From NCBI GenBank assembly GCA_964575155.1, contig CAZNSB010000001.1, positions 1-34,544 on the forward strand: 34,544 bases of DNA, read 5' to 3'. The notes beneath the pieces were generated by a model. The model did not search any database. It was not told the origin of the DNA and was given only the letters and a program-made list of their open reading frames with translations. Below are positions 1-7,114 of this stretch, piece after piece (the stretch's first letter is position 1; every line of letters starts with the position of its first letter). A program made the position numbers and the translations under genes. Source of the stretch: an uncultured Planctomycetaceae bacterium. Its GTDB lineage: Bacteria; Planctomycetota; Phycisphaerae; SM23-33.

Positions 1-1
1 C

Positions 2-520
2 TATTACACCCGTCACGATATAACTCACCTGCGACGGGGCGAAGTGCGGTCGTACCTCAAGATGTATTACAACACACTGGCGAGCCTGGCCGACCGCGAG
101 ACGTACACGTTCTGGGAGCACTACTTCCACGCCTCCCCGCACAAAACGCACGAGGAAGCATGGTTCTGCATGCAAACGCGCTGGATGCTCTACCTGGAAG
201 ACGGTTCGACACTGAAGCTCCTGCCGGCGGCGCCGCGCGCCTGGCTGGAGGCGGGCCGGCGCATCGAGTTGGACAAGGTGGCGACGTACTTCGGGCCGGT
301 GAGCCTATCGGTGACCAGCCGGGCCGGCGAGGGCGTCATCGAGGCGACCGTCGAGTGCCAGGCGGGCCGAAAACCCAAGACCGTCGAGCTGCGCCTGCCC
401 CACCCTCAGGGATTGAAGCCGGTGAAAATCCAAGGTGGCCGGTACAATCCCGCCGCCGAGAGCGTTACAGTTTCCCGGTTCGGCGGCAAGGCGACCGTGA
501 CCTTGACGTTTGAAAACTGA
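2..520 (+). CDS. 3' end (C-terminal about 172 aa) of a protein that starts upstream of the window; function unknown
   Basis: The frame is open from nt 2 with no stop (YYTRHDITHLRRGEV... precedes the track's GTG at 44). Third codon positions are strongly G/C. Stop TGA at 518-520. I see no motif I can name. Confidence 0.7.
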   Translation, partial: YYTRHDITHLRRGEVRSYLKMYYNTLASLADRETYTFWEHYFHASPHKTHEEAWFCMQTRWMLYLEDGSTLKLLPAAPRAWLEAGRRIELDKVATYFGPVSLSVTSRAGEGVIEATVECQAGRKPKTVELRLPHPQGLKPVKIQGGRYNPAAESVTVSRFGGKATVTLTFEN

Positions 521-582
521 ACGCAGCGCCGCCGGCTGAAGAACTAACGGGCGGCCCGGCCGCCCGTAGAAAGGACAAGGTC

Positions 583-1350
583 ATGGATCGTGTTTTGGCG
601 TTCGGGTGCCACCCGGACGACGTGGAGTTCATGTGTGCCGGCACACTGGCGCTGCTGGCGCAGAAGGGTTACGAGATTCACATCGCAACGATGACCGGCG
701 GCGAGGTCGGCCATCCGACCGCCAGCAGTCAGGAGATTCCCCAGTGCCGCATCGGCGAAGCTGCTGCCGCCGCCAAGCTGATCGGCGCGACCTACCACTA
801 CGCGGGCGGCTGCGACCTGGAAGTGGAGTACAGTTCGGCCTACCGCCGGCTGGCTACGCGGGTCGTGCGCGACGTGGACCCGAAGATCATCCTCACCCAC
901 CCGCCGATGGACTACTTGCCGGACCACGAACAGACCTCGCTGGTGGTTCGCAACGCCGCGTACATCGCCTCGGTGCCGCTCTACGACTGCGGCGTGCCCG
1001 CACAGATTACGGACAAGCCGCCGCACCTCTACTACTGGGACGCCAGCGGCCTGACGGACATCTTCGGGCGGTCGCTGCCCCTGCATTTCGGCGTCGATAT
1101 CTCGTCGGTCATGGACATCAAGGAGAAAATGCTCGCCTGCCACACTTCGCAGCGCGAGTGGCTGGCGTACCACAACGACTGGAACGTCTACACCGAAACC
1201 ATGAAAGACATGACCCGCAAGGCAGGCCAGCGTTTCGGCCTGGCCGCCGGCGAGGGCTTTATCCAGCATCTCGGGCAGAACCATCCGACCGACAACCTCC
1301 TCAAAGCAATTCTCGGCGAGCTCTGCGTGGAACTCGACTGGCAGAAGTAA
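583..1350 (+). CDS. PIG-L / LmbE-family N-acetylglucosaminyl deacetylase
   Basis: ATG start, 255 aa. The N-terminal signature AFGCHPDDVEF (HPDD-x-E) plus downstream His/Asp-rich metal-site regions is typical of the PIG-L family. GC3 is coding-like. Confidence 0.85.
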   Translation: MDRVLAFGCHPDDVEFMCAGTLALLAQKGYEIHIATMTGGEVGHPTASSQEIPQCRIGEAAAAAKLIGATYHYAGGCDLEVEYSSAYRRLATRVVRDVDPKIILTHPPMDYLPDHEQTSLVVRNAAYIASVPLYDCGVPAQITDKPPHLYYWDASGLTDIFGRSLPLHFGVDISSVMDIKEKMLACHTSQREWLAYHNDWNVYTETMKDMTRKAGQRFGLAAGEGFIQHLGQNHPTDNLLKAILGELCVELDWQK

Positions 1351-1449
1351 ACCGCACGCAGTTTCACTCGACAATTGACACCCGCCGGGGCGAAAGCGAC
1401 AACTTCCGCTCCGGGTTCTTTCTCCCGCCGGCGCGGGGCGATCGGGGGC

Positions 1450-2117
1450 TTGACAGGTCCGCCCGGGCAGCGCTTCGCGCCGTCCGCCCGGGCGTGGAAC
1501 GCGTTCATCGACGCGGCCCTCGACTATCTGCGGCGCGCGCACGCGGTGGGCCAGGGATCGCTGCCCTCCTGGCGGCAGGCGAGCGTCATCAAGGTCAAGA
1601 ACACGTCGGGGGCCGACCGCCAGCGGTTCGAGGTGCTCGGCGCGGACAAGCCCGTCCTCGACCCCACCAGCGCCGAGCGGGCCTTCAAGGAGCTCGTCGC
1701 CCTCAAGGGCGAGACGCCGGCGGCGGACGAGCACGAGGGGCGGTTCTGTGTCCTCCTAGTGTACGCTGCACGGCATCAAGGACCACGGCTCCGGCTCACC
1801 GACGTACACCACGGTGGACCTGCGCCGGCGGTTTATCATGGGCGTGGATCCCGGAGGGCTACGCCGGCGACACGTACAAGGCGATCGGCGGCGAGACCAG
1901 CATCGGCGACAAGGGGGGGTTCCGGTGCAGCCGCCGCGTCCTGGAGGAAATCGGCCCCCCGTGGTTCGGCCGGCGGTACAGCAACGACGGCAAGGTCATC
2001 TACTACGAGGCAGAGTGGAAGGACGGCGGCAAGGAAATCGAGATCAAGGTCGCCCCCGACGGCAAACTCCTCAGCAAGGAGGTCGAGGACGACGACGATG
2101 ACGATGACGACGATTGA
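1450..2117 (+). pseudogene. Disrupted coding locus read in three successive frames; the C-terminal part is PepSY-like with a poly-Asp tail
   Basis: About 1480-1757 is clearly coding in frame 1 (RFAPSARAWNAFIDAALDYL...EHEGRFCVLL, nearly all third positions G/C). 1760 to about 1850 looks coding in frame 2 (CTLHGIKDHGSGSPTYTTVDLRRRFIMGVDP). About 1845-2117 is clearly coding in frame 0 (IPEGYAGDTYKAIGG...GKVIYYEAEWKDGGKEIEIKVAPDGKLLSKEVEDDDDDDDDD, stop TGA 2115-2117). Frame 1 has no stop until 2154, and frame 0 has no usable start near 1840. A possible TTG start lies at 1450 after a GGGGG run. Confidence 0.35.
2088..2114 (+). repeat. (GAC/GAT)x9 trinucleotide run encoding a C-terminal D9 tail
   Basis: Read directly: gac gac gac gat gac gat gac gac gat, followed by tga. 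Confidence 0.9.
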
Positions 2118-2804
2118 CCGCAGGGCCACGCCACAACGCCTTGCTTCTTTGTAGCGACAACCGCGACAACAGAATGCTCAACTTGCGCGGAGTCATCTCA
2201 GGCCCTCTCCCGGTCGGTAACGGCTTGCAGGGGGTTTCTCGATTCGCACAGACAGCGGGCTGGGGAGGCACCGCTCGGCCCTACGGAACCCACGCGGGAA
2301 GCATCCGAGGACCTGATTCTCATAACGGTTGGCACATAATCCAGGGGCAGCTCACTCGTGAACGATGGGGGCTAGACGCTGCGAGGCAGCTATGTCTTGG
2401 CCTCGCGCTCCGAGACGTTGAGCTTCAGTTCGCCGAAACGGTCTTCGTACTTTTTCAGCAATCGCCCCAAGGTTAATGGGGCCAACGTCATCTACGACAT
2501 CGGGCCGGCAGATCCGACGGCAACCCAGCCGGCGCGTCCGGCTCGGAAGGGGGGAGTTCCGGCCACCCGGCCGGGAACCTCGAGAAACGCACACCGGTAA
2601 TGCTCTGCGCGCCCGGGGGGCAGTCCGGTCTGGCACTTCAACGGCGTGGAGCGGGCGCGATCGCCGATGATCGGGCCACGCCCGGGCGGATCTGCAAAGG
2701 TGTCTGCCCGGGCGCCACCGCCGGGGGACCGGCGTCGTATAACAGTTAGCGGGGGCGGTACGGACACGCTCCAGGGGGCGGGCCGATCGGCGGGGCACGG
2801 CCGG

Positions 2805-2827
2805 CGGCCTCGTGCGAGGCCGTTTTT
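2805..2827 (+). terminator. Intrinsic-terminator-like hairpin plus T5 tract, 86 nt upstream of the GTPase gene start
   Basis: cGGCCTCgtgcGAGGCCg forms a 7-8 bp GC-rich stem followed by ttttt (2823-2827). The T tract exists only on the plus strand. Confidence 0.5.
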
Positions 2828-2912
2828 GAGGGCCAACAGCGTTGCGGGCGGCGAGGGCACGTGTTATTGTCAGCGCGAATCTGCCTCGACAGCCAGGGGA
2901 AAGGACGACGAG

Positions 2913-4232
2913 ATGACGACCGTCTCGGGCAAAGTGCATTACGGGAAGCACTTGGTCCGCAAGATCACGTGCCCGAACTGCTGGCACTCCTTCCCGCCGG
3001 AGGACGTCCTGTTCATCGCCAAGCACACCGACCTGGTGGGCGATCCCATCGCCGGCGGGAACGAGTACCTCCGGTTCATGCCCGTCCGGTTCAACCTCGA
3101 GGGCGAGGCGCTGGACCCCCGCGGGGTGCCGACGTCGGATTTGGCCTGTCCGCGCTGCCACCTGGAGCTGCCGGACCAGATGCTCGAGGTCTCCCCGCTG
3201 TTCATCTCGCTGGTGGGCTCCCCCGCCAGCGGGAAGTCGTATTTCCTGACGGCCCTGGTGGACGGGCTGCGGTCCCTGATGCCGCGGGCGTTCCTTCAAT
3301 TCACCGACGCCGACACCGGGGCCAACAGCCCCATCCTCGAATACGAGAAGACCCTCTTCCACAGCTCCAGCCCGGAGGAGGTGACGGAGATCCGCAAGAC
3401 CCAGGCGGACGACCCGGACCTGCACCAGACCGCCCTGATCGGCGACATCCCGGTCCGTTTTCCGGTGCCACTGCAGTTCCAGCTCTGGCCGAACGAGCGG
3501 CACCCGAAGTTCCCTCAGGCGTACCGCATCGGGCGCATCGTGGTGATGTACGACAACGCCGGGGAAGACTTCCACCCGCAGACGGAAAGGGCCTCCTCGG
3601 CGGCGGTCAGGCACCTGGCCAGCTCGCACGTTCTGTTCGTGATGTTCGATCCCACGCAGGACACCACCTTCCGCGCCCAGTGCCACAGCGACGACCCCCA
3701 GCTCAAGCACGGGTTCCGCCCCGGGGCCGAGGCGACGCCGCTGCTCCGTCAGGAGAGCATACTGAATGAGGCCGCCAGGCGCATCCGGCGATACCACGGC
3801 GCCTCCCAGAGCACCCGCCTGAAGAAGCCGCTGATCGTGGTCGTCCCCAAATTCGACATCTGGGAAGACCTCCCGGGCCTGTCCCTGCAAGAAGAGCCGT
3901 ACGTCGACTCCGAGAACAACGGCCCGGCCAAGATGAACCTGGAGCGGGTCGAGCAGGTCAGCGAGTCGATCCGCGAGCTGTTCTGCCGGCTGTGCCCCGA
4001 CTTTGTGGCCACGGCCGAGGGCCTGAGCGAGTTCATCCGGTACGTCCCCGTCAGCAGTCTTGGAAGGAGCCCCGAGTACGTCGTGCGGGAAGACCGAAGC
4101 TTCTACGGCATCCGGCCGAAGGACATCAAGCCGAGGTGGGTGACGGTGCCCCTGGCGTACTGCCTGTGCAAATGGGCGACCGGACTGATCGGGTGGGCCG
4201 ACGCCCCCCGGCCGCCCGGGAGGTCCGAATGA
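2913..4232 (+). CDS. Zinc-ribbon-fused P-loop GTPase (TRAFAC-like; possibly of the 'double-GTPase' type found in GTPase-centric conflict systems)
   Basis: ATG 2913 is preceded by GGGGAAAGGA with a 7-nt spacer, and the upstream part of the track ORF is R/P/G junk. The protein is 439 aa. Zinc-ribbon cysteines are C20-x2-C23 ... C79-x2-C82. G1/Walker A is GSPASGKS (nt 3216-3239), G3 is hhhh-DNAG (VVMYDNAGE, nt 3552-3563) and the G4-like motif is VVVPKFD (nt 3846-3857). Confidence 0.85.
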   Translation: MTTVSGKVHYGKHLVRKITCPNCWHSFPPEDVLFIAKHTDLVGDPIAGGNEYLRFMPVRFNLEGEALDPRGVPTSDLACPRCHLELPDQMLEVSPLFISLVGSPASGKSYFLTALVDGLRSLMPRAFLQFTDADTGANSPILEYEKTLFHSSSPEEVTEIRKTQADDPDLHQTALIGDIPVRFPVPLQFQLWPNERHPKFPQAYRIGRIVVMYDNAGEDFHPQTERASSAAVRHLASSHVLFVMFDPTQDTTFRAQCHSDDPQLKHGFRPGAEATPLLRQESILNEAARRIRRYHGASQSTRLKKPLIVVVPKFDIWEDLPGLSLQEEPYVDSENNGPAKMNLERVEQVSESIRELFCRLCPDFVATAEGLSEFIRYVPVSSLGRSPEYVVREDRSFYGIRPKDIKPRWVTVPLAYCLCKWATGLIGWADAPRPPGRSE

Positions 4233-6973
4233 GCCTCGAACTGATTTACACGTCGGCGCCGCGGGGCCTCCGGCCGAACACCAGCGGCTTCTGCACGGTG
4301 GCGGCCACCACCGGCATGCCCAAGCACGCCTTCGAGAAGCTGGAGATGCTCAGCGGGTACGAGTTCTGCTACAACATCTCGGACGCCCGCGCCGACCAGA
4401 ACCCCGTCAACTTCATGCACACGCTGATCCTGATCGGCGGCGCCGGGCGTCACGTGCTGTCCAGGATCGCCTATTCCGGGGCAGACCACACCGCCCGCAC
4501 CAACAAGATCGCCCACCACTTCCTGCTGGAAGAGCCCGAGATGGCGGCGGCGGGGCCGGCGTGGATGCTCTCTCGGCTGTCGGCGGAGTCTTTCCGGAGG
4601 AAATGGGACGAACCCGCGGCCGAGCTCCCGCAGAGGTCCTTTGCCGACGCGCCGGGCGGCGCCCAGCCAGCCGACCCCGCCCCGGCCAAGGCCTGGCAGG
4701 AACGCACCGGCGACGCCGGCTGGGCCGGTGAGCTGGCCAGGGCCTTTCGCGAAGACAAAAAGGTCCCCGCCTACGTCATCTACAAGCCGGGGACCGACCT
4801 CCTGCCCCTCTTCCAGGAAAGCCTGGCCCTCCTGCCGGCCGAGGAGAGATGGTCCGTCTGCTTTGCCACCTACTACACCGCCCTGCCGACGGGCTGCCGG
4901 TGCCACTGGCGCGGGGTGGTGGCGGGCTCGAAGGCGGCCGGGGAGGCCGGACGCTTCCCCAGCGCGGTGGTGATCGACCTGACCCGCGCGGCGGGTCCGG
5001 CGCCGGAGAACGAGTTCACGGCGGCGGCCCGGCGGGGCGAGGCGGTCGCGCCGCTGGCGAAGGCGCCCGCCGCCCGGGCCGCCAGGCCCGAGCCGAGGAG
5101 AAGGGAAAGGGCCTTCGAAGCCGCCGTCGCCGAGGCCGTGGCTGCGGCCCCGGCCGAGGCGGGCCGGGGCGGGGCGCCCCGGCCCGCCGGCTACCCGGCC
5201 GGAGCGGCGCCGGCGGGATGGGGGCAAAGGTCTTCGCGGCTTCGCCGGCTGGTCATCGCCCTGGGCGCGTTGGCGGCGATCCTGGCGCTGGCCAACGCGT
5301 GGACGTTTTCCGGCCTCATGTCCGCGCGAGAGGACGCCGACGGGCTCCGGCGGAAGCAGACCGAACTTCAGGTCGAGCTGGCGCGGGCGCGGGTAAAGGC
5401 CGAGGACGCCGAGGAAAGTGTGCGGGCGCTGCGAGCGACCATCGCCGAGCTGAGGGGCAGCAAGCCCGGCCCGGAGCCCCCGAAGCCCCCGGTTGTGAGA
5501 GATCCGGTCCCCGAGCCCCCGAAGCCCCCGGTCGTGCCCCGGCCCGGCCCGAAGCCGCCGAAGCCCCCCAAGCCGACCCCGCCGACGCCGCCGGCTGTAA
5601 CGAGACTGAAGCTCAAGCCGCCGATGCCCCGGCGGGACCGGAAGGTCCGCGACTTCCAGCGCCGGCCCGTGGCCCCGACGTCCGTTAAGAGAAACCAGAT
5701 CGTCTTCGACATCGGCAAGGCCGACACCTTCCTGGATATGCCCGGCGTGCTGACCTCCAGCCGCGCTTTCACCTCGGAACGCGGGCGCGAGAACATGACC
5801 ATCAAGTGCCGCAGCGCCAGCGGGCTTTCCAAGAAGGTCCTCGAGTACTGGATCGAGGACGTCGGCGGCGCGCACCGGCTCATGCTGGAAATCCCCGAGG
5901 ACGCGGGGGGGGCCGGCGACTACACCAAGACGCTCGAATCGCTCGTCATCGAGGTGGTCGAGGAGGGCAACCGGGTAATCTACCAGTGTTCGCGGCGCCA
6001 GCCCCCCGCCCCCGAGACGATCGTCCTCGGGTTCAAGCCGGACGGGACCCCGATCGTCCCCGCCCGGAAAAGCTACAGCTACCTCTGGGCGAGCGTCCTG
6101 GAGATCGTCGACGCCGAGGACGAGCTCCTCAAGCGCAGAAAGGACCGCGCCGGGACCGCCCTGCCCGTGCTGGAGCTTGATCCCCCCGTCCAGGGCTTCG
6201 CCAAGCCGGTGTACACCTTCGAGTTCGACCGGCCCGAGCAGGGCCCGAAGTGGTCCATCCGGGTCAGCACGAACGCGACCGGCGAGATCGTCAACGAGGT
6301 CAAGAAAAGGGACCAGGCCCTGGCCGACCAAAACGGAAAGCTGGCCCCCCTGCTCCAGAAAAGGAAGGAACTCGGCGCCAAGAAGGGCCAACTGGCCAAG
6401 GTCGAGCAGGAAATGAAGATTCAAGAGAAGCTCGTGACTGATGTAGACAAGAAGACGGCGGCCCTCAAAGACAGCGCCAAGAAGCTTCGTGCCCAGAGCA
6501 CTTCGCTGACTGCGTCGATAAACAAGCTCGTAGACCAGAGAGACAAGATCGACACGCAGCTCAAGAAGAGAAATGCCGACAAGAAGAAGCTGCAAGCCGA
6601 AAAGACCAGGCCCAATGGCCAGATCCAAAAGAAGACCACCGAGCGAGACAAGTTGGACAAGGCCCTCAAGGCCGAGCAGCAACAGATCAAGCAGGCCGAG
6701 GCGGAGAAGAAGAGACTCCTGGGCCTGCCCGAGCTGAGAAGAACATTGCCGGCCGATATTCAGAAGCTGGAGAAGCAGATCGAGAAGCTGCCGGCGCAGC
6801 AGCAGGCCGTCAAGAAAGCGGGGGCCAGGCTCAACGAAATGACGAATATCATGAAGAAGCTGTCCGCCCAGGCGGGTCTCGTGAAGGTCATTGACCCGTG
6901 GGACGTGCCGGTGGCGACGTTCGAGTTGAGGTTCCAGCCGGCGGGCCTGAAGGAGATCCTGGCGAAGAACTAG
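4229..6973 (+). CDS. Bitopic membrane protein with a GAP1-N-like (GTPase-associated protein 1) N-terminal domain, a TM helix, a coiled coil, a Pro-rich spacer, a beta-rich domain and a K/E/Q-rich coiled coil
   Basis: The ATG at 4229 overlaps the stop of the GTPase gene (ATGA, 4229-4232). The protein is 914 aa. The N-terminus MSLELIYTSAPRGLRPNTSGFCTVAATTGMP matches, from memory, the h-x-YTS...GL...sGF..vA.s.G signature of GAP1-N2-type proteins. The TM helix is LVIALGALAAILALANAWTFSGL (nt 5249-5317), preceded by RSSRLRR, which implies N-in topology. The Pro-rich spacer is PEPPKPPVV x2 plus PKPPKPPKPTPPTPP. A heptad-rich region covers the last 225 codons. Stop TAG at 6971-6973. Confidence 0.85.
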   Translation: MSLELIYTSAPRGLRPNTSGFCTVAATTGMPKHAFEKLEMLSGYEFCYNISDARADQNPVNFMHTLILIGGAGRHVLSRIAYSGADHTARTNKIAHHFLLEEPEMAAAGPAWMLSRLSAESFRRKWDEPAAELPQRSFADAPGGAQPADPAPAKAWQERTGDAGWAGELARAFREDKKVPAYVIYKPGTDLLPLFQESLALLPAEERWSVCFATYYTALPTGCRCHWRGVVAGSKAAGEAGRFPSAVVIDLTRAAGPAPENEFTAAARRGEAVAPLAKAPAARAARPEPRRRERAFEAAVAEAVAAAPAEAGRGGAPRPAGYPAGAAPAGWGQRSSRLRRLVIALGALAAILALANAWTFSGLMSAREDADGLRRKQTELQVELARARVKAEDAEESVRALRATIAELRGSKPGPEPPKPPVVRDPVPEPPKPPVVPRPGPKPPKPPKPTPPTPPAVTRLKLKPPMPRRDRKVRDFQRRPVAPTSVKRNQIVFDIGKADTFLDMPGVLTSSRAFTSERGRENMTIKCRSASGLSKKVLEYWIEDVGGAHRLMLEIPEDAGGAGDYTKTLESLVIEVVEEGNRVIYQCSRRQPPAPETIVLGFKPDGTPIVPARKSYSYLWASVLEIVDAEDELLKRRKDRAGTALPVLELDPPVQGFAKPVYTFEFDRPEQGPKWSIRVSTNATGEIVNEVKKRDQALADQNGKLAPLLQKRKELGAKKGQLAKVEQEMKIQEKLVTDVDKKTAALKDSAKKLRAQSTSLTASINKLVDQRDKIDTQLKKRNADKKKLQAEKTRPNGQIQKKTTERDKLDKALKAEQQQIKQAEAEKKRLLGLPELRRTLPADIQKLEKQIEKLPAQQQAVKKAGARLNEMTNIMKKLSAQAGLVKVIDPWDVPVATFELRFQPAGLKEILAKN
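5474..5532 (+). repeat. Tandem 39-nt period repeat (20-nt identical core gagcccccgaagcccccggt x2) encoding PEPPKPPVV within a Pro/Lys-rich spacer
   Basis: Identical 20-mers at 5474-5493 and 5513-5532, followed by ccgaagccgccgaagccccccaagccg (PKPPKPPKP). Confidence 0.8.
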
Positions 6974-7077
6974 TGCTCTGTCAAGCATCATTTTGCTGGT
7001 GGCACAGGTTTGTAACCTGTGCGAGACAAACAGGTTGAAAACCTGTTCCACCCACAGATTCAACCTTGACAGAGCAC
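6973..7077. mobile_element. 105-bp MITE-like non-autonomous element with 13-bp perfect terminal inverted repeats, flanked by a TA duplication in a CTAG target (IS630/Tc1-mariner style)
   Basis: The left TIR is gtgctctgtcaag (6973-6985) and the right TIR is cttgacagagcac (7065-7077). Flanking TA dinucleotides at 6971-6972 and 7078-7079 sit inside C-TA...TA-G. The interior is about 47% G+C by my count, against a much more GC-rich background. It contains two related perfect hairpins: GCACAGGTT-tgt-AACCTGTGC (7002-7022) and AACAGGTT-gaa-AACCTGTT (7029-7047). Each TIR carries an outward-facing TTGACA. Confidence 0.7.
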
Positions 7078-7114
7078 TAGCCGGGGGGTGAGACTTCCGG
7101 CGGAGGCCGGGGCG

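Noticed and set aside
1375-1455. Two perfect TTGACA hexamers (1375-1380, 1450-1455) as promoters.
   Set aside because: Neither is followed by a recognisable -10 at 16-18 nt, and the second may instead contain the TTG start codon.
606-2117. 503-aa plus-strand ORF spanning the deacetylase gene and the next locus.
   Set aside because: Only its last 90 or so codons (about 1845-2117) look coding. The rest is an out-of-frame shadow of the PIG-L gene and of the frame-1 segment.
2390-2491. 33-aa minus-strand ORF MTLAPLTLGRLLKKYEDRFGELKLNVSEREAKT in the long leader.
   Set aside because: It looks protein-like but has no SD and is immediately preceded by a stop. It is too short to judge and may be a remnant of a decayed gene. 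It is not reported as a feature.
7027-7036. The 10-mer caaacaggtt occurs both in the MITE (7027-7036) and in the ispH promoter region (21393-21402).
   Set aside because: It is a single short match that cannot be distinguished from chance without genome-wide counts. In the ispH region it simply overlaps the TTGACA -35 box on the other strand.
7066-7094. A complete promoter for gene C formed by the TTGACA in the right TIR.
   Set aside because: No convincing -10 follows at 16-18 nt spacing (TGAGAC / GAGACT). Only the outward -35 is noted, under the MITE finding.
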